A stretch of DNA of 64,000 nucleotides from an uncultured bacterium. GTDB taxonomy: Bacteria; Acidobacteriota; Thermoanaerobaculia; Multivoradales; JAHZIX01. The stretch lies in assembly GCA_965368975.1 (NCBI GenBank), contig CBDUPA010000012.1:96001-160000 (forward strand), read 5' to 3'. The notes under the pieces were generated by a model. That model was given only the letters and a program-made list of their open reading frames with translations. It did no database searches and was not told the origin of the DNA. A program made the translations under genes and the position numbers. Shown here piece after piece: positions 27,948 through 38,800 of this stretch (within the stretch, counting starts at the first letter, position 1; every line of letters starts with the position of its first letter).

Positions 27948-30900
27948 ATGGCCAGAGATCGTAAGTTGATCGTCGAAGAACTCCTGACCAAGCCCAGCGG
28001 CGTGTGTCCGATGCTGTTCGTTGGTATGGGAGGAGCGGGTTGCAGGATGGTGGAGCGGATCGCCGGTCATCTCCGAGGTCGACCGGATTATAAAGAACGC
28101 TTCAAAGATCTGGTCAAGTTCGCCATGATCGACAGCAATGTCAATGATCTGGAAGGGTATCGAGAAGTGGCCAATGCAACCTTCCTGATCAGTGACTTCG
28201 AGAAGGAGGAGTACGCCAATCTGGCCTCTGGCAAGAAGTTCCTGGAACCGCAGCAGTACTTTACACAGTGGGTGCCGTCGGACTATCGCTTCCGCTCCGG
28301 AGATACCTCGGGGGCTGGCCAGATTCGCATCGAATCTCGTCTGGGTGTTTACTACCAGATGAAGCACAAACAATTCGTGCCCAGATTCCGCAGTCTCTTG
28401 GAGAGTCTGAAGTCGCACGAGAACGGACATCGGAGGTTGGACTCCGACGAGATCCGGATCGTACTCTGCTATTCCGTCGCCGGCGGAACCGGCTCCGGTT
28501 GTCATCTGCCAGTGGCCTATATGTTGCGGGATCAGGCCGACGACCTGGGCAAGCCGACTTTGATCGGTGTTGCGGTGTTGCCGGCGGTCTTCGAGGACAA
28601 GGTCGGCGTCAATAAGGATGGTGTTTTTGCCAACGGTTATGCAGCTCTGAAGGAAACCGAGCATTTGATGAAGCTCGGTGCCCCGGATTCTCGGTTCTTT
28701 CCCGAGAAGGGGATCGAGTTTCACTACAACCCCGCCGATGAATCGAAGCGAACGGTTCACGCGCGTCCCTTCGACTTCCTTTATCTGATCGACAAACCCG
28801 AGTCGTTCAGCGTTCCCGAGCCGGTGGATGCTGCGGCGGACGGACTCTATCTGCAGTTCTTCTCGCCCCTCTACGGGGCCCAGCTCTCCGACTACGACAA
28901 CTACACGCAGTACCAGAGGTTCTTGGTACCGGAAGACTTCGAAGAGGGAGGCATTCCGGGCTTCTCGACCTTCTATGGCTCCTACGGTTGCGCAGTGCTC
29001 CTGGTGCCGGTTCCCGGCCTGGTGGAGTATTGCAGCCAGGCTGCCGCCCTGGCGTTGATTCGGGCCAGCTTCATGGGGGATATCCCAGCGGATCCGATGT
29101 ACGAGCCCTTGCGCATCGACAGCGACCGCTTCTATGAAGTCAAGGAGCGCGACGACGAGGATGCGCAGCTCTTCCAGGCTGCGGATATCCCCAGTCAGCC
29201 TCAGAAAGAGCGTCGCCGAAGGTTGTTCGATCGGCTTTTTGCCAAGCGGGTGCGCCTGCTGGCGGCGTGTGAGTACCGGGCTGACCGCGACGGCCGGTTC
29301 CGCGGCATCTTCCGGCACGGCCACTATCTCGGAACCATCCCGAAGCTCGACGGTAGCGCCGTCATGGACATGGAGCGGTTCGACGAAGAGGCCGAGCGCG
29401 AGCGCGAGCTGGTCGGTGGCAAGCTCAGCGTTTCGATCGGCGGCATCATCCTGCCCGCCTTGGTCGGACTGCCGGGGGACGACCCCGGACTCCTGCAACG
29501 GGCGCACCAAGCGATCAAGAACTTCAAGGTCGACAAGCCGCGTCGTGACATGCGGGTCAACGAACTACGAGCGCGCGGCGACGCGTGGCGGACGATGTTG
29601 AGGGATGAGGGGCGTCAACGCCTGCGCGATGGCTACAGCGATGGCACGGTGCAGGTGCCTGGCATGGAGAGCCTGGTGCAAATGGACTTCCTGCGCCGGG
29701 AGGCGGGAGAGGTCGAGCTGGCGGCCAAGCGCTACGCGGTGCTCTCTCTGCTCGACGCGGTGGATTGGGAACAAGCGCCGGAAGACGAGGCCGAGTCCAA
29801 CTTCGATGTCCAGGAGAAGAAGCCCACGGCCAAGGCCGACGATGCCTTGATCGAGCACGTAATCAACCAGGCTCGGGATCTGGCCTTCCGCGACATCCGC
29901 CGCGAGTTCCTGTCCCAATTGGGCGAGTTGCGCGAGGCGCTGGAGAGCATCGCCGACGAGATGCGGGAGCTGGAGCAGGGGTCGACCAACCTGGAGCGCG
30001 AGTACGGTCGTCGCCTGGAGCGCCTGCAGTTCCAGGGCGAGGAGTCGGCCAATCAGTACATCCTGGACGCCGAGGCGTTGCAAGGGGAAGACAATCGACG
30101 CTTCTGGGACTTCTACTTCGAGGACAAAATCGCAGCTCTGCCCGAGTTGTCGCTGAGCAATGCTCGCGTGCAACAAATCCTGAGTGACACCGTCATCGAG
30201 CTATCGCAGCGTACGGGCCGCAGCACGAGCACGTCACGCCTGGAGAAACTGTTCACCGCGTTGCGCAAGTATGCCCAGGACTTCCTCGACAAGCGGATCG
30301 GCGGTGATCGTCACTCACCGGACCTGGAACGTCGCGAAGGGTTGACGCTGTCGGATGCGCTGGAGCTGGAGATCACCTACCGAGCGCTCTATCGCAGCTA
30401 CGCCGAAGCGATCCAGGGGCAGGGGGACAAGGTCATTCGTCGCATTCTCTCCGAATACCGCGCCCTGCCCGACGAGAAGCAGATCGATTTCGCGGAGCCC
30501 AAGCACCAGGACTATCTGCGCGACAAGATCAAGCGGGTAGTGCAGGAGAAGGCATCCCTGCTCTGTGTCTACAACCACTCACGCGATCAGCATGGTGGCG
30601 TGCGGCCAAACCATATCTTCCTGGCCGCGATTGATGAGAACTTCAAGAACAGCAACATCGAACAGGCGCTGAAAGATGCCGACATCGATGATCTCAAGTG
30701 GGTGTCCGGCAGCTGGCACAACGCCAAAGAGATCGTCTTCTACCGCGCGGTGTTGAATGTTCCGCTTTACACCTTCGGTCGGCTCGACCAGATGAAGCAC
30801 CACTATGAAAGCTTCCGCAGTCTGAGGCGGCGCTCGAAGGTGCTGCACATCGACAAGAACTGGGAGGGTGACCAGCTCTGTGACCTGGATCCGGGCACGC

Positions 30901-31817
30901 TCAAAGAAGTGCATCGTCAACTAACCGTGCGCGACCAGATCATCAACTTCACCTCGCTGCTGAGCAGCAAGCATCCGCGCATCGATGAGAAGGGGGCTAC
31001 CTGCATCTTGCGTCGGCGCGGGCGCTACTATCTGCTGGATCCGACCCTCAGCAAGATACCCGATGAGCACGATCCTGGTTCGACCTTGTTGGGCGACGCC
31101 CTGGCCCGAGCCATCGAACGCTTGCCCGAGGTGCTCGATGCCGAGCGCGTGAACTTCAGCGAGTACCGGGATTCGCTGCACGGTGTACGCAATGGCATGG
31201 CCCCGTGGCTGCTGGGCAAGATCTGCAGGTTACCTTTCCAGTGGCGCCTGCAATACGAAGATTTGAGCAACCACTATGGGCATCAGCGTTCGATCGAGCA
31301 GCAAGAGATTCTGCGTGATCTGAAAAACTCCTACGAGAAGCTCAATGAAGCGCTGGACTCTCTGCTCGCGGAACTGCGCAATCGTCGACTCGAGAGTCGG
31401 ACCCGCAAGGAGGACTTCACGGTCTACGCTCGCCGCTTGACCGCCCAGCAGGCCAAGGATGCACTGGATCAGAGCATCAAGGTGCTGGCCAACTACAGCG
31501 AGGCCTGGAGCAAGGTCGAGGACAGCTCGCAGGTCCCGGATACCCCCGAGTCGTTCGTGGATCTCTTCCAGCCTCTGGACCATGGCAAGTTGCAGAGCAT
31601 GCTCGACAAGTTGCACAAGCCGATCCTTGATGACGATGATGACGATGAGGAAGGCGATGGCCCCGGCCCAGCCAAGCCCCCAGCGGAGCCGGTCAAGCGC
31701 CCAGCGGAGCCAGACAAGCCCTCAGCGGAGCCAGACAAAGACTCGGCGGAGCCAGACGAAGACTCTGCCACTGAAGAGCCTTCGGAACCAGATCCCACTG
31801 AAACCGAAGGGTCATGA
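27948..31817 (+). CDS. Tubulin/FtsZ-like GTPase (Tubulin_2 / FtsZ-like 1 family) with a long helical C-terminus
   Basis: FVGMGGAG (T1), GAGQIRIESR (T3), YSVAGGTGSG (signature loop), ANGYAALKE; GAGG RBS. Confidence 0.88.
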   Translation: MARDRKLIVEELLTKPSGVCPMLFVGMGGAGCRMVERIAGHLRGRPDYKERFKDLVKFAMIDSNVNDLEGYREVANATFLISDFEKEEYANLASGKKFLEPQQYFTQWVPSDYRFRSGDTSGAGQIRIESRLGVYYQMKHKQFVPRFRSLLESLKSHENGHRRLDSDEIRIVLCYSVAGGTGSGCHLPVAYMLRDQADDLGKPTLIGVAVLPAVFEDKVGVNKDGVFANGYAALKETEHLMKLGAPDSRFFPEKGIEFHYNPADESKRTVHARPFDFLYLIDKPESFSVPEPVDAAADGLYLQFFSPLYGAQLSDYDNYTQYQRFLVPEDFEEGGIPGFSTFYGSYGCAVLLVPVPGLVEYCSQAAALALIRASFMGDIPADPMYEPLRIDSDRFYEVKERDDEDAQLFQAADIPSQPQKERRRRLFDRLFAKRVRLLAACEYRADRDGRFRGIFRHGHYLGTIPKLDGSAVMDMERFDEEAERERELVGGKLSVSIGGIILPALVGLPGDDPGLLQRAHQAIKNFKVDKPRRDMRVNELRARGDAWRTMLRDEGRQRLRDGYSDGTVQVPGMESLVQMDFLRREAGEVELAAKRYAVLSLLDAVDWEQAPEDEAESNFDVQEKKPTAKADDALIEHVINQARDLAFRDIRREFLSQLGELREALESIADEMRELEQGSTNLEREYGRRLERLQFQGEESANQYILDAEALQGEDNRRFWDFYFEDKIAALPELSLSNARVQQILSDTVIELSQRTGRSTSTSRLEKLFTALRKYAQDFLDKRIGGDRHSPDLERREGLTLSDALELEITYRALYRSYAEAIQGQGDKVIRRILSEYRALPDEKQIDFAEPKHQDYLRDKIKRVVQEKASLLCVYNHSRDQHGGVRPNHIFLAAIDENFKNSNIEQALKDADIDDLKWVSGSWHNAKEIVFYRAVLNVPLYTFGRLDQMKHHYESFRSLRRRSKVLHIDKNWEGDQLCDLDPGTLKEVHRQLTVRDQIINFTSLLSSKHPRIDEKGATCILRRRGRYYLLDPTLSKIPDEHDPGSTLLGDALARAIERLPEVLDAERVNFSEYRDSLHGVRNGMAPWLLGKICRLPFQWRLQYEDLSNHYGHQRSIEQQEILRDLKNSYEKLNEALDSLLAELRNRRLESRTRKEDFTVYARRLTAQQAKDALDQSIKVLANYSEAWSKVEDSSQVPDTPESFVDLFQPLDHGKLQSMLDKLHKPILDDDDDDEEGDGPGPAKPPAEPVKRPAEPDKPSAEPDKDSAEPDEDSATEEPSEPDPTETEGS
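31681..31764 (+). repeat. 4 x 21-bp coding tandem repeat (AEPxKxx)
   Basis: C(A/G)GCGGAGCC units start at 31681, 31702, 31723 and 31744. Confidence 0.8.
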
Positions 31818-34800
31818 CCAACCTGGTGTATCCGGCTCCGGGTATCGTTGTGGGCGTTGGCCGCTTTGGGCTGGCGGTCCTCGAAAAGCTCGGCGAGGAT
31901 TGGCAACAGCTGAAGCTATCGGGGGCCGGGCCGTCGTGCGAGAACCTACGCCTGTTTTGGGTCCATCCAGAGCAGGACGACGAGGGCTGTTGGCGGGAAA
32001 TCGAGCTGCCCGAGCTGAACACCGCCAATTACAGTGAAGATGGCGACTGGCCGTCGATCGTGCTCGACTTCGTGCTCTTGCGCACCATGGGATTGATCCG
32101 CTATCGCCATGGCATCTACCAGGTGGCTTCGCCGCGCGATTGCGGCCCGGTGCGAACGGCCGATCTCGAGTATCCGGAGACCAAAGACAAAGAAGATCCT
32201 GAAGCAGAAGAAGCCAAGAAGGATCGCGAAGAAGATAAGCGACTGGTGCGCCGCCGCTTCTTCGACTGGCTCGACCTGGCTCCCGACCCCGTCGAGGCCG
32301 CGGAGCGACTGAAGAAGAAGGCCGAGCGTGAGCCGGTATTGCACCTCTTCATCTCTCCCTTGCTGCACCGGGTGCGGCAGGGCCACAGCCCGTGGATCTT
32401 GATGGCTGCGATCCTGCGCTGTAGTTGCTTGCGCGCCGGTCGAGACCCTTCGCCGTGGCGCTGGGTTCGCGAACAGGAGGCGCAAGGCAAGATCGACCAG
32501 GAGGCCATCCAGACGGTATGCGAGGACCGTGACAGGTTTCTCGACCGTTTCGCGCCAGCACCCCTGAAGCCCTCACCACAGCCCGAGGTCGATGAGGGGG
32601 AAGTCGAGGGGAGAAAGACGGACGTCTGGAAGTTCGAAGAGACGGAGATCGTCATTCCCAAGATCTTTCGGCCCCAGGAGGGAGATCCGGAGCCGCCGAT
32701 CGATACCTTTCACCTGCTGCGTGAGAACTGGCAGGTATCCGGCTGGGCGACCGATCTCGAGACGCAGAAACAGCAGGGTTTCAAACCGCTGCAGGTGAGC
32801 CATTTCCGCCTGGGTCTTTTTGACCACTGTCAACACCGGGAGTCGAGAGAGCCCGAGTTGACAAAGGCCTTCGAGAAGCGACTCAAGTGCACGTCCAGGC
32901 TCTTGCATCGGGGGCTGGTTCGGTTGTGGGTCGATCTCAAGCGCGAGCAGGTAGAAGAGCAGGCTCTCGCCACCGGTGAGCGCCGCCATCGCCTGCTCGA
33001 TGAAGCACTACAGCAAAGCTTGAAGATCCTGGAGAAGTTGGTCGTGGATCCGCTGAAGGACGCTCCCGGCAAGGAGAAAGAGGGCGAGTGCTTGAGCGAT
33101 CTCTTGCGCTGTCCGGTCGACTTGCCGGACCAGCCGACCCAGTTTCTGCGCAACCAGTGCTTCGATCCTGACTCGCGGTGGTTGCGGGACAGCGCCTTGG
33201 AACGACGCCTGGTAGCTCTCGGGCTGGGAGACCCGTGGCGCGCCGCGCCGCGACGGCGGGGATTGTTCCAGGAGGTGATCCTCGAGAAGCAAGCCGAGGG
33301 CGGCTGCGCTCCAGGCGAGAGCGATGATCGCCCCCGATGCACGGAGATCGCCAAAGAGCCCAAGTCCGCTGGCGAAGGCCGGGGTCGATTCCGCAAGCAG
33401 CTGAACCAGACGGTCCGAGAGTTGTTGGACTTTTCCTACCTGGGAAGGTACCGCGAGCGCTTGACTCGCACACCGCCACGTCTGACGGTCTTTGTCGTCG
33501 GTGACATGAGCGAGCCCTTTACGCGCATCAAGATGCAGCAAGTCCTCAAGGACGTTCACTCGGAACTGCTGCGGGCCTTCAGCTCCGTGTTCGAACTGAA
33601 CCGGGATGGCTTCGATCGTGCCTTGTCCGTCATGCCGATTCTCTGGATGCCGCATCCGGCGGATCCGTTCGGTGGTGAGGAGCCACTGAAGACACGCCTG
33701 GAGGAGGCGGTGATCATCGATGCGGTGCACGGTATTCGACGCTGGGTCGAGGCGGTGTTACCCGGTGCGCGGCGCCGGATCTCGCAGATTTTCATCAACA
33801 GCAGGGTCACGGACAACGCGGTCTTGAGCATGGACGACAGCGTCAACCAGACGCGCGACTTCCTATCCTTCCAACTGCGCAATGACCTATCGCGCGATGA
33901 CTGGCTGCGTCGGACCGCGGTGGGTCCGGGGGGCGACGACTACTTCGCCTCGTTCGCCTGCTGCGAGATCGAGTTCCCGGCGGAGAGGGCGCGCGAATAC
34001 CTGGCCAATCGCATCGCTCGCGACTGCTTGCGTCAGCTGCAGGTGGAAGCTGAATGGCGGGGGCGCGAGGCGGTCAAGGTACCCGATCCCTCATCCATGG
34101 AAGAGCTGGTCGGAGAGGCGAGTTCGCGTCTGCAGCAGGAGACGGAAAGGGAGGCGAAGGGTCTGACGGACGCCATCTGGAATGCCCTGCCGCAGGGCGA
34201 GAGCTCCCGGCGCTGCATGCCGCGCAAGGAGATCCTGAGCCACTTCTCGGAGCGTTTCGAAAGCCGACTGTGGGCGGACATCACGCGACTGTGGCGACAG
34301 CTGACCCAGCGTCGAGGTCACATGGATGACTTTGTCGATTCCTTGCGACACCAGATCTCCCGGCAGCTGCATGGTGCGCTGCCCGACATCCGGCGTCAGA
34401 GTGACGACGAGGTGTACCAGGCCAGTGGGCAAGGTATCCAGGCGGCACTCTCGCGCCTGCAGGAACGCCGCTGGCAAGCCTTCAAGCAGCTGCAGGAGGC
34501 GGAGGAAGAACGTCTCCAGGCCGAGGAGGCCTGCCAGCAGAATCAGCGGCCGAACCGTGGCAGGCTGTCGCGGGCCCGTCTGGCAGTCACGGAGGCAGCG
34601 AAAGCCAAGCCGGATTGTGGTCCGCAGCGCTTCGGTCTTCTCGCCTGGGGCCTGTTGGCTCCGATCACCGCGGTGTTGCCCGCTCGTTTGTTGGAGTCCG
34701 AACTGGGCTGGTGGGCGTTGCCTTTGGTGATTGTTTTGCTGATCGTATTGGCGGGTGTCTCGCTCTGGGCCTTGACGCGCCATCGGTATCGTCAGCTGCA

Positions 34801-35869
34801 GGCCGCGATCGAGACGATGGCATCGGCCGTTCATCGCATGGTGTCCGGCGGCAGTGACTCTAGCCTGGTGGCGGCCGGGGCGTCCTTGCGTTCCTTCCTG
34901 GAGACCCGCCTGCGCCTGACCGCGGCGCTGGCCCGGCGCGGCTTTTCGCTCCACGTATTCGAGCAAGCGGCGGTGGATGAAGCTCTGGGTCTGCGCTTGC
35001 GCGAGAGCGTCGACATCCAGCTGCACAAGATGATGCGCCGAGCCGAGAGCCTCAAGGTACGTCCCGGCGGAGCCAGTGGCAACGAGCGCGATGATCTGCG
35101 AGATCTCTTTGTGCGGCGCGCCGGAGAACGCGTCGAGAAGCTGATCGATCCCGACCACCTGCTCGAGTACTACCACACCCGCGTGCGTCCGGACGACGTA
35201 CCGGTGCAGGAGTTCATCGAGCAGGTCGGTGGTCTCCAAGATTGGCGCCGAACCGCGTGCCTGTCCGATTCCACGGCGGTCATGGCATGGGGACAGGAAC
35301 TCTTCACTACCCTGGTCGACAAACCGATCACGGAACTCGACTACTTCACCGAGGCGGTGGGGGAGCAGTTGCGGCGATTCGTCCTGCGCAATTACTCGAA
35401 TATCGGTTTCGGGGCCAAGTTCCTGGGCTACGAAGGGCTGGATCCGGATGGCATCCGCCTGGTCGCCGATGCTTCCCTGGTGGCCGACCAGGCCTTGCTG
35501 CATGCCTATGCCTGGGCCGTGGAGCAGCAGGAAGACCATGCCCGTCGCAACCGTGAGGTGAGTCGCGCGGCGCGCACGCTGGAGACGATCGCGGCCAAGG
35601 TCCGACCCAATGCCGCCTACATGCTCTCCTTGGTCCAGGGCGTGCGAGCCCACAGCGTACACAACCTGAAGCGCTTCGAGTCGTTCCATGATCGACCCGA
35701 GGGTCCGGACTCGGACGCGATCCACTACCTGACGGGCTATGAAGAGAAAGCCAAAGAGTTTTACCAGTGGATCAGCGCCGAGGATGCCGCGCCGCGCGCA
35801 CGGCAGGACGAAAATACTACGACTGCCAGCTCTGGGGAGATAGAAGATCATGGACCCGACGTGGATTGA
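31814..35869 (+). CDS. Degenerate tubulin-like protein with coiled coils and two TM helices
   Basis: N-terminal GIVVGVGRFGLAVL resembles the T1 loop; VFVVGDMSEP sits where GGTGSG is expected; hydrophobic pair at about 34630-34780; 4-nt overlap with the upstream gene. Confidence 0.55.
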   Translation: MTNLVYPAPGIVVGVGRFGLAVLEKLGEDWQQLKLSGAGPSCENLRLFWVHPEQDDEGCWREIELPELNTANYSEDGDWPSIVLDFVLLRTMGLIRYRHGIYQVASPRDCGPVRTADLEYPETKDKEDPEAEEAKKDREEDKRLVRRRFFDWLDLAPDPVEAAERLKKKAEREPVLHLFISPLLHRVRQGHSPWILMAAILRCSCLRAGRDPSPWRWVREQEAQGKIDQEAIQTVCEDRDRFLDRFAPAPLKPSPQPEVDEGEVEGRKTDVWKFEETEIVIPKIFRPQEGDPEPPIDTFHLLRENWQVSGWATDLETQKQQGFKPLQVSHFRLGLFDHCQHRESREPELTKAFEKRLKCTSRLLHRGLVRLWVDLKREQVEEQALATGERRHRLLDEALQQSLKILEKLVVDPLKDAPGKEKEGECLSDLLRCPVDLPDQPTQFLRNQCFDPDSRWLRDSALERRLVALGLGDPWRAAPRRRGLFQEVILEKQAEGGCAPGESDDRPRCTEIAKEPKSAGEGRGRFRKQLNQTVRELLDFSYLGRYRERLTRTPPRLTVFVVGDMSEPFTRIKMQQVLKDVHSELLRAFSSVFELNRDGFDRALSVMPILWMPHPADPFGGEEPLKTRLEEAVIIDAVHGIRRWVEAVLPGARRRISQIFINSRVTDNAVLSMDDSVNQTRDFLSFQLRNDLSRDDWLRRTAVGPGGDDYFASFACCEIEFPAERAREYLANRIARDCLRQLQVEAEWRGREAVKVPDPSSMEELVGEASSRLQQETEREAKGLTDAIWNALPQGESSRRCMPRKEILSHFSERFESRLWADITRLWRQLTQRRGHMDDFVDSLRHQISRQLHGALPDIRRQSDDEVYQASGQGIQAALSRLQERRWQAFKQLQEAEEERLQAEEACQQNQRPNRGRLSRARLAVTEAAKAKPDCGPQRFGLLAWGLLAPITAVLPARLLESELGWWALPLVIVLLIVLAGVSLWALTRHRYRQLQAAIETMASAVHRMVSGGSDSSLVAAGASLRSFLETRLRLTAALARRGFSLHVFEQAAVDEALGLRLRESVDIQLHKMMRRAESLKVRPGGASGNERDDLRDLFVRRAGERVEKLIDPDHLLEYYHTRVRPDDVPVQEFIEQVGGLQDWRRTACLSDSTAVMAWGQELFTTLVDKPITELDYFTEAVGEQLRRFVLRNYSNIGFGAKFLGYEGLDPDGIRLVADASLVADQALLHAYAWAVEQQEDHARRNREVSRAARTLETIAAKVRPNAAYMLSLVQGVRAHSVHNLKRFESFHDRPEGPDSDAIHYLTGYEEKAKEFYQWISAEDAAPRARQDENTTTASSGEIEDHGPDVD

Positions 35870-38800
35870 TGTTGCCTGGCAGGTGATCTGGCAGGCCATT
35901 GCCGGCGTCTTGGTCTGGCTCGATAGCCAGTCGCTCTATGTGATCCTCGGCTGTGTGGGCGGCCTGCTGAGCTTTGTCTATGGTTTGGCATATGGCCTGC
36001 AATGGCGGCTCGTCAAGTTTCTCGAGCCGCGACCGGAACAGACAGCGCCGCTGGGACGTTGGGAGGCCATGTCTTCCCTCTTGGCACCGGTGACGGTCGT
36101 ATTCTTCGTGCTGGAGGGCATCACCCGCTCGCTGCATCGCCGGGTGCGAGGTTCGAAGGAACCAGACTGGAAGGTCAAGCACTCGAGTTCCGCCAAGAAC
36201 CATGGCAAGCCGATCTTGATCGCGACCTTGGGGCCGACCTTTCTGCTCGCCGGTGTCTTCACTGCTGTGGTCTACTGGTTGGCCCGTCTCGGCGAGCCTC
36301 TGTTCGCCGAAGCGTTCTCTCATGCGGGTCCATATCCTTTCTGGGAGTCCAAGCTGCTCAGTGCCTTGTTGGTCCTCGAAGCTCCGCCAGACATCTTCCC
36401 GTTGGCGAGCCATCCCAAGGTATCGCTGGTCCTGAGCTTGCTCTTCTGGACAGCTCTCTGGTGGACGTGCGGCAATCTGCTGCGAGGCTTCGTCTATCGA
36501 ACCGACTTGCAGCGCAACCTGGCGGGCCGCCGCGATACAGCCTTGCCGCTGTGGACCTCCTGGTTCGGGGTCAAGAAGCTGACCGAGGCCGGTGAGGCCT
36601 ACCGGGGTTGGGCCGCCTGGCTGGTGACGGCGGTCATCCTGCTGACCGTCGGTGCTGGCATGACGCTGAACCCGGCTCCCGGCTCTACCACTGCCGGTGT
36701 TGTTGATGGCCTGGAGCCAGCAGTCCAGGTTTCGCCGTCCGCGCTCGCCGTCGCCTTGATCCTCGCCTTGTCTTGGGTGCTGCACCTGCACCTCAAAGGC
36801 AAGCATTTTGAGCCGGAGCCCAAGTCCCGAAGGGAAGCGATCGTGCCGTCGGAAGGCCTGCCGGGATGGCAGCGTGTCGTGGCCAAGTTGGAGGAACGGT
36901 ATCGCCTGACGCCGCCGGAGTTTCGCGGCGAGCGACCGTTGCTGGCCCCCGCGTTCACCGTACCTACAACGGCTCTCCAGGTGCTCTCGCCCCTGGTTCC
37001 TGAACTCCTGCAGGAGCCGGAGCAGAGTCCGGAAATCCGGCAGACACCGCCGCTGAACGTGATGCAGGCGAAGGTGCTCGAAAGTCTTTCGCTGTTTGGC
37101 TATGTCCACCTGCAGCCCCCCACCACCGGCGATGTCCTGGAACTTTCGAGTAGTGGTCCAGGAGCGGTCGAGGACCGTAGTGGGTTATCTGAGCGCCACC
37201 AGATCGTGCTGGCCCCCGAGGGCAGTGGCAAGACGACTCTGGCCATACTCGCCGCCGCCAACAATACCCTCGTGCATGCCCGAGCGACGCTGCTGATCAC
37301 GCGGTCGGGGGAACAAGCGGACGAACTCCAGCTCAAGTTCCAGGAGGTCGTCGAGCCCTCCACGGTGCGCTGGAACCTGCGGTTTCGCCGCATGGGCCAA
37401 GACTTCGCGTCAGACCTCAGTCGCGACATCGTGCCCGACATCGTGATCTCGAGCCTGCACGAACTCACCACCGGCATGCTCGACAACGCGGAGGTCTATG
37501 CCGACTTCCTGCGCAACGTCGGGCTCGTGGTAGTGGACGATGTAGAGTCCTTCGCCGGAGCCGTCGAGATTCACGCCCAGCTGGCCTTCCGCCGTCTCCG
37601 CCTGCTCTTCCGGCAAGTTTCCGAGGTCGAACAGCTCGGTGAGGCCAACGCACCGTTGATGCTGATCCTGGGCGTCGATTCGATGAAAGAAATGGCTGCC
37701 TGGGCCAAGAGTCTGTGCGGTGTCCAGGCCGTGGTGCGGAACTTTCCCGCCGCCATGGCGGAGACCGACCAGTCGAAAGACAGCGCATCAGAGGGCAGTC
37801 CATCAGGGGACAGGTCATCAGGGGACAGTACATCAGGGGATAGAGCCTCCGAGGAGGGCGCGCGACAGCAGAAATGGCTTCCGTTCAGCGCCCTGCAAAG
37901 CCACCAGGGGCGGCAACTGACCGTGCCGGAGGTCGTCGCCGCCTGTGAAGCCGCTGGCGTGCCCTGGTGCTATCGACCCTGCGGTGACGGTCGTCGGCAT
38001 CGAGGCCGTGGTCCGCTACTCCTGGAGCAGGAGCCCGAGCACGCCACGGCATCGCCACGGGATGCCTGTGTGATCTTCTTGGATGGTCGATGGAGCGAGG
38101 TACGCAGAGAGCTGCAGCGGAGTCCGTGGGCCGGGTACCAATCGAGACGGCAAGAGGTCATCTTCCTCGTCCTGGTCGATCCCGAGGAGGCGCTGGCCTG
38201 CGGCGAACTCGACCCGGACCTGGGTTTCGAGGCCTCGCACGATCACGTGCGTCCAGACTTGGCGGAGGAACTCGTGACCTTGCCGCTGCCGGTCGTGCGC
38301 CCGCCATCGAGCCACGTCTTGCAGTCTCACCTGCTCTCCGATCTCGTGCAGAGTTGGTTCGAAGTCAAGGACCTGGTGGATACCTTCGAAGTCCCCGTGG
38401 CGCATCGTCTACGCTATTTGCAGTCGCAGGGCATGTTGCTGATGGAGGAGCGAAGCGACGTCCAGGCCGCACTGAAGGAGTACGAAGCCAAAGTTTACGT
38501 ACGTGCCCTTGCAGCCTCCCTGGCCATCGACGAGGCCGGAGGCAGCGCCAACGACGGCATCATCGAGTATCCGCCCCTGGACAAGGTGCGACAAGTCGAG
38601 CTGGTGGCCAGGTCGGCGGTGACGATCCGCAATCGAGCCGATCACACGCTGCTGCGCACGGTCGAGGCCGATAGCGCGGCCTGGATCTACTACCCGGGGC
38701 GCATCTTCGAGGACTCTCGCGGCCGCTTCGTCGTGGTCGGCCGAGTCCGTCGAGGAGATCGACTGGGTGCCATCGAGGTCGAGCCCGTATTGCACGACAA

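Noticed and set aside
27948-31817. Cell-division ftsZ
   Set aside because: Far too long, divergent signature (AGGTGSG), and no dcw cluster context.
31681-37845. 21-bp and 15-bp tandem repeats as contingency or phase-variation loci
   Set aside because: Unit lengths are multiples of three, the copies are degenerate, and they encode low-complexity linkers.
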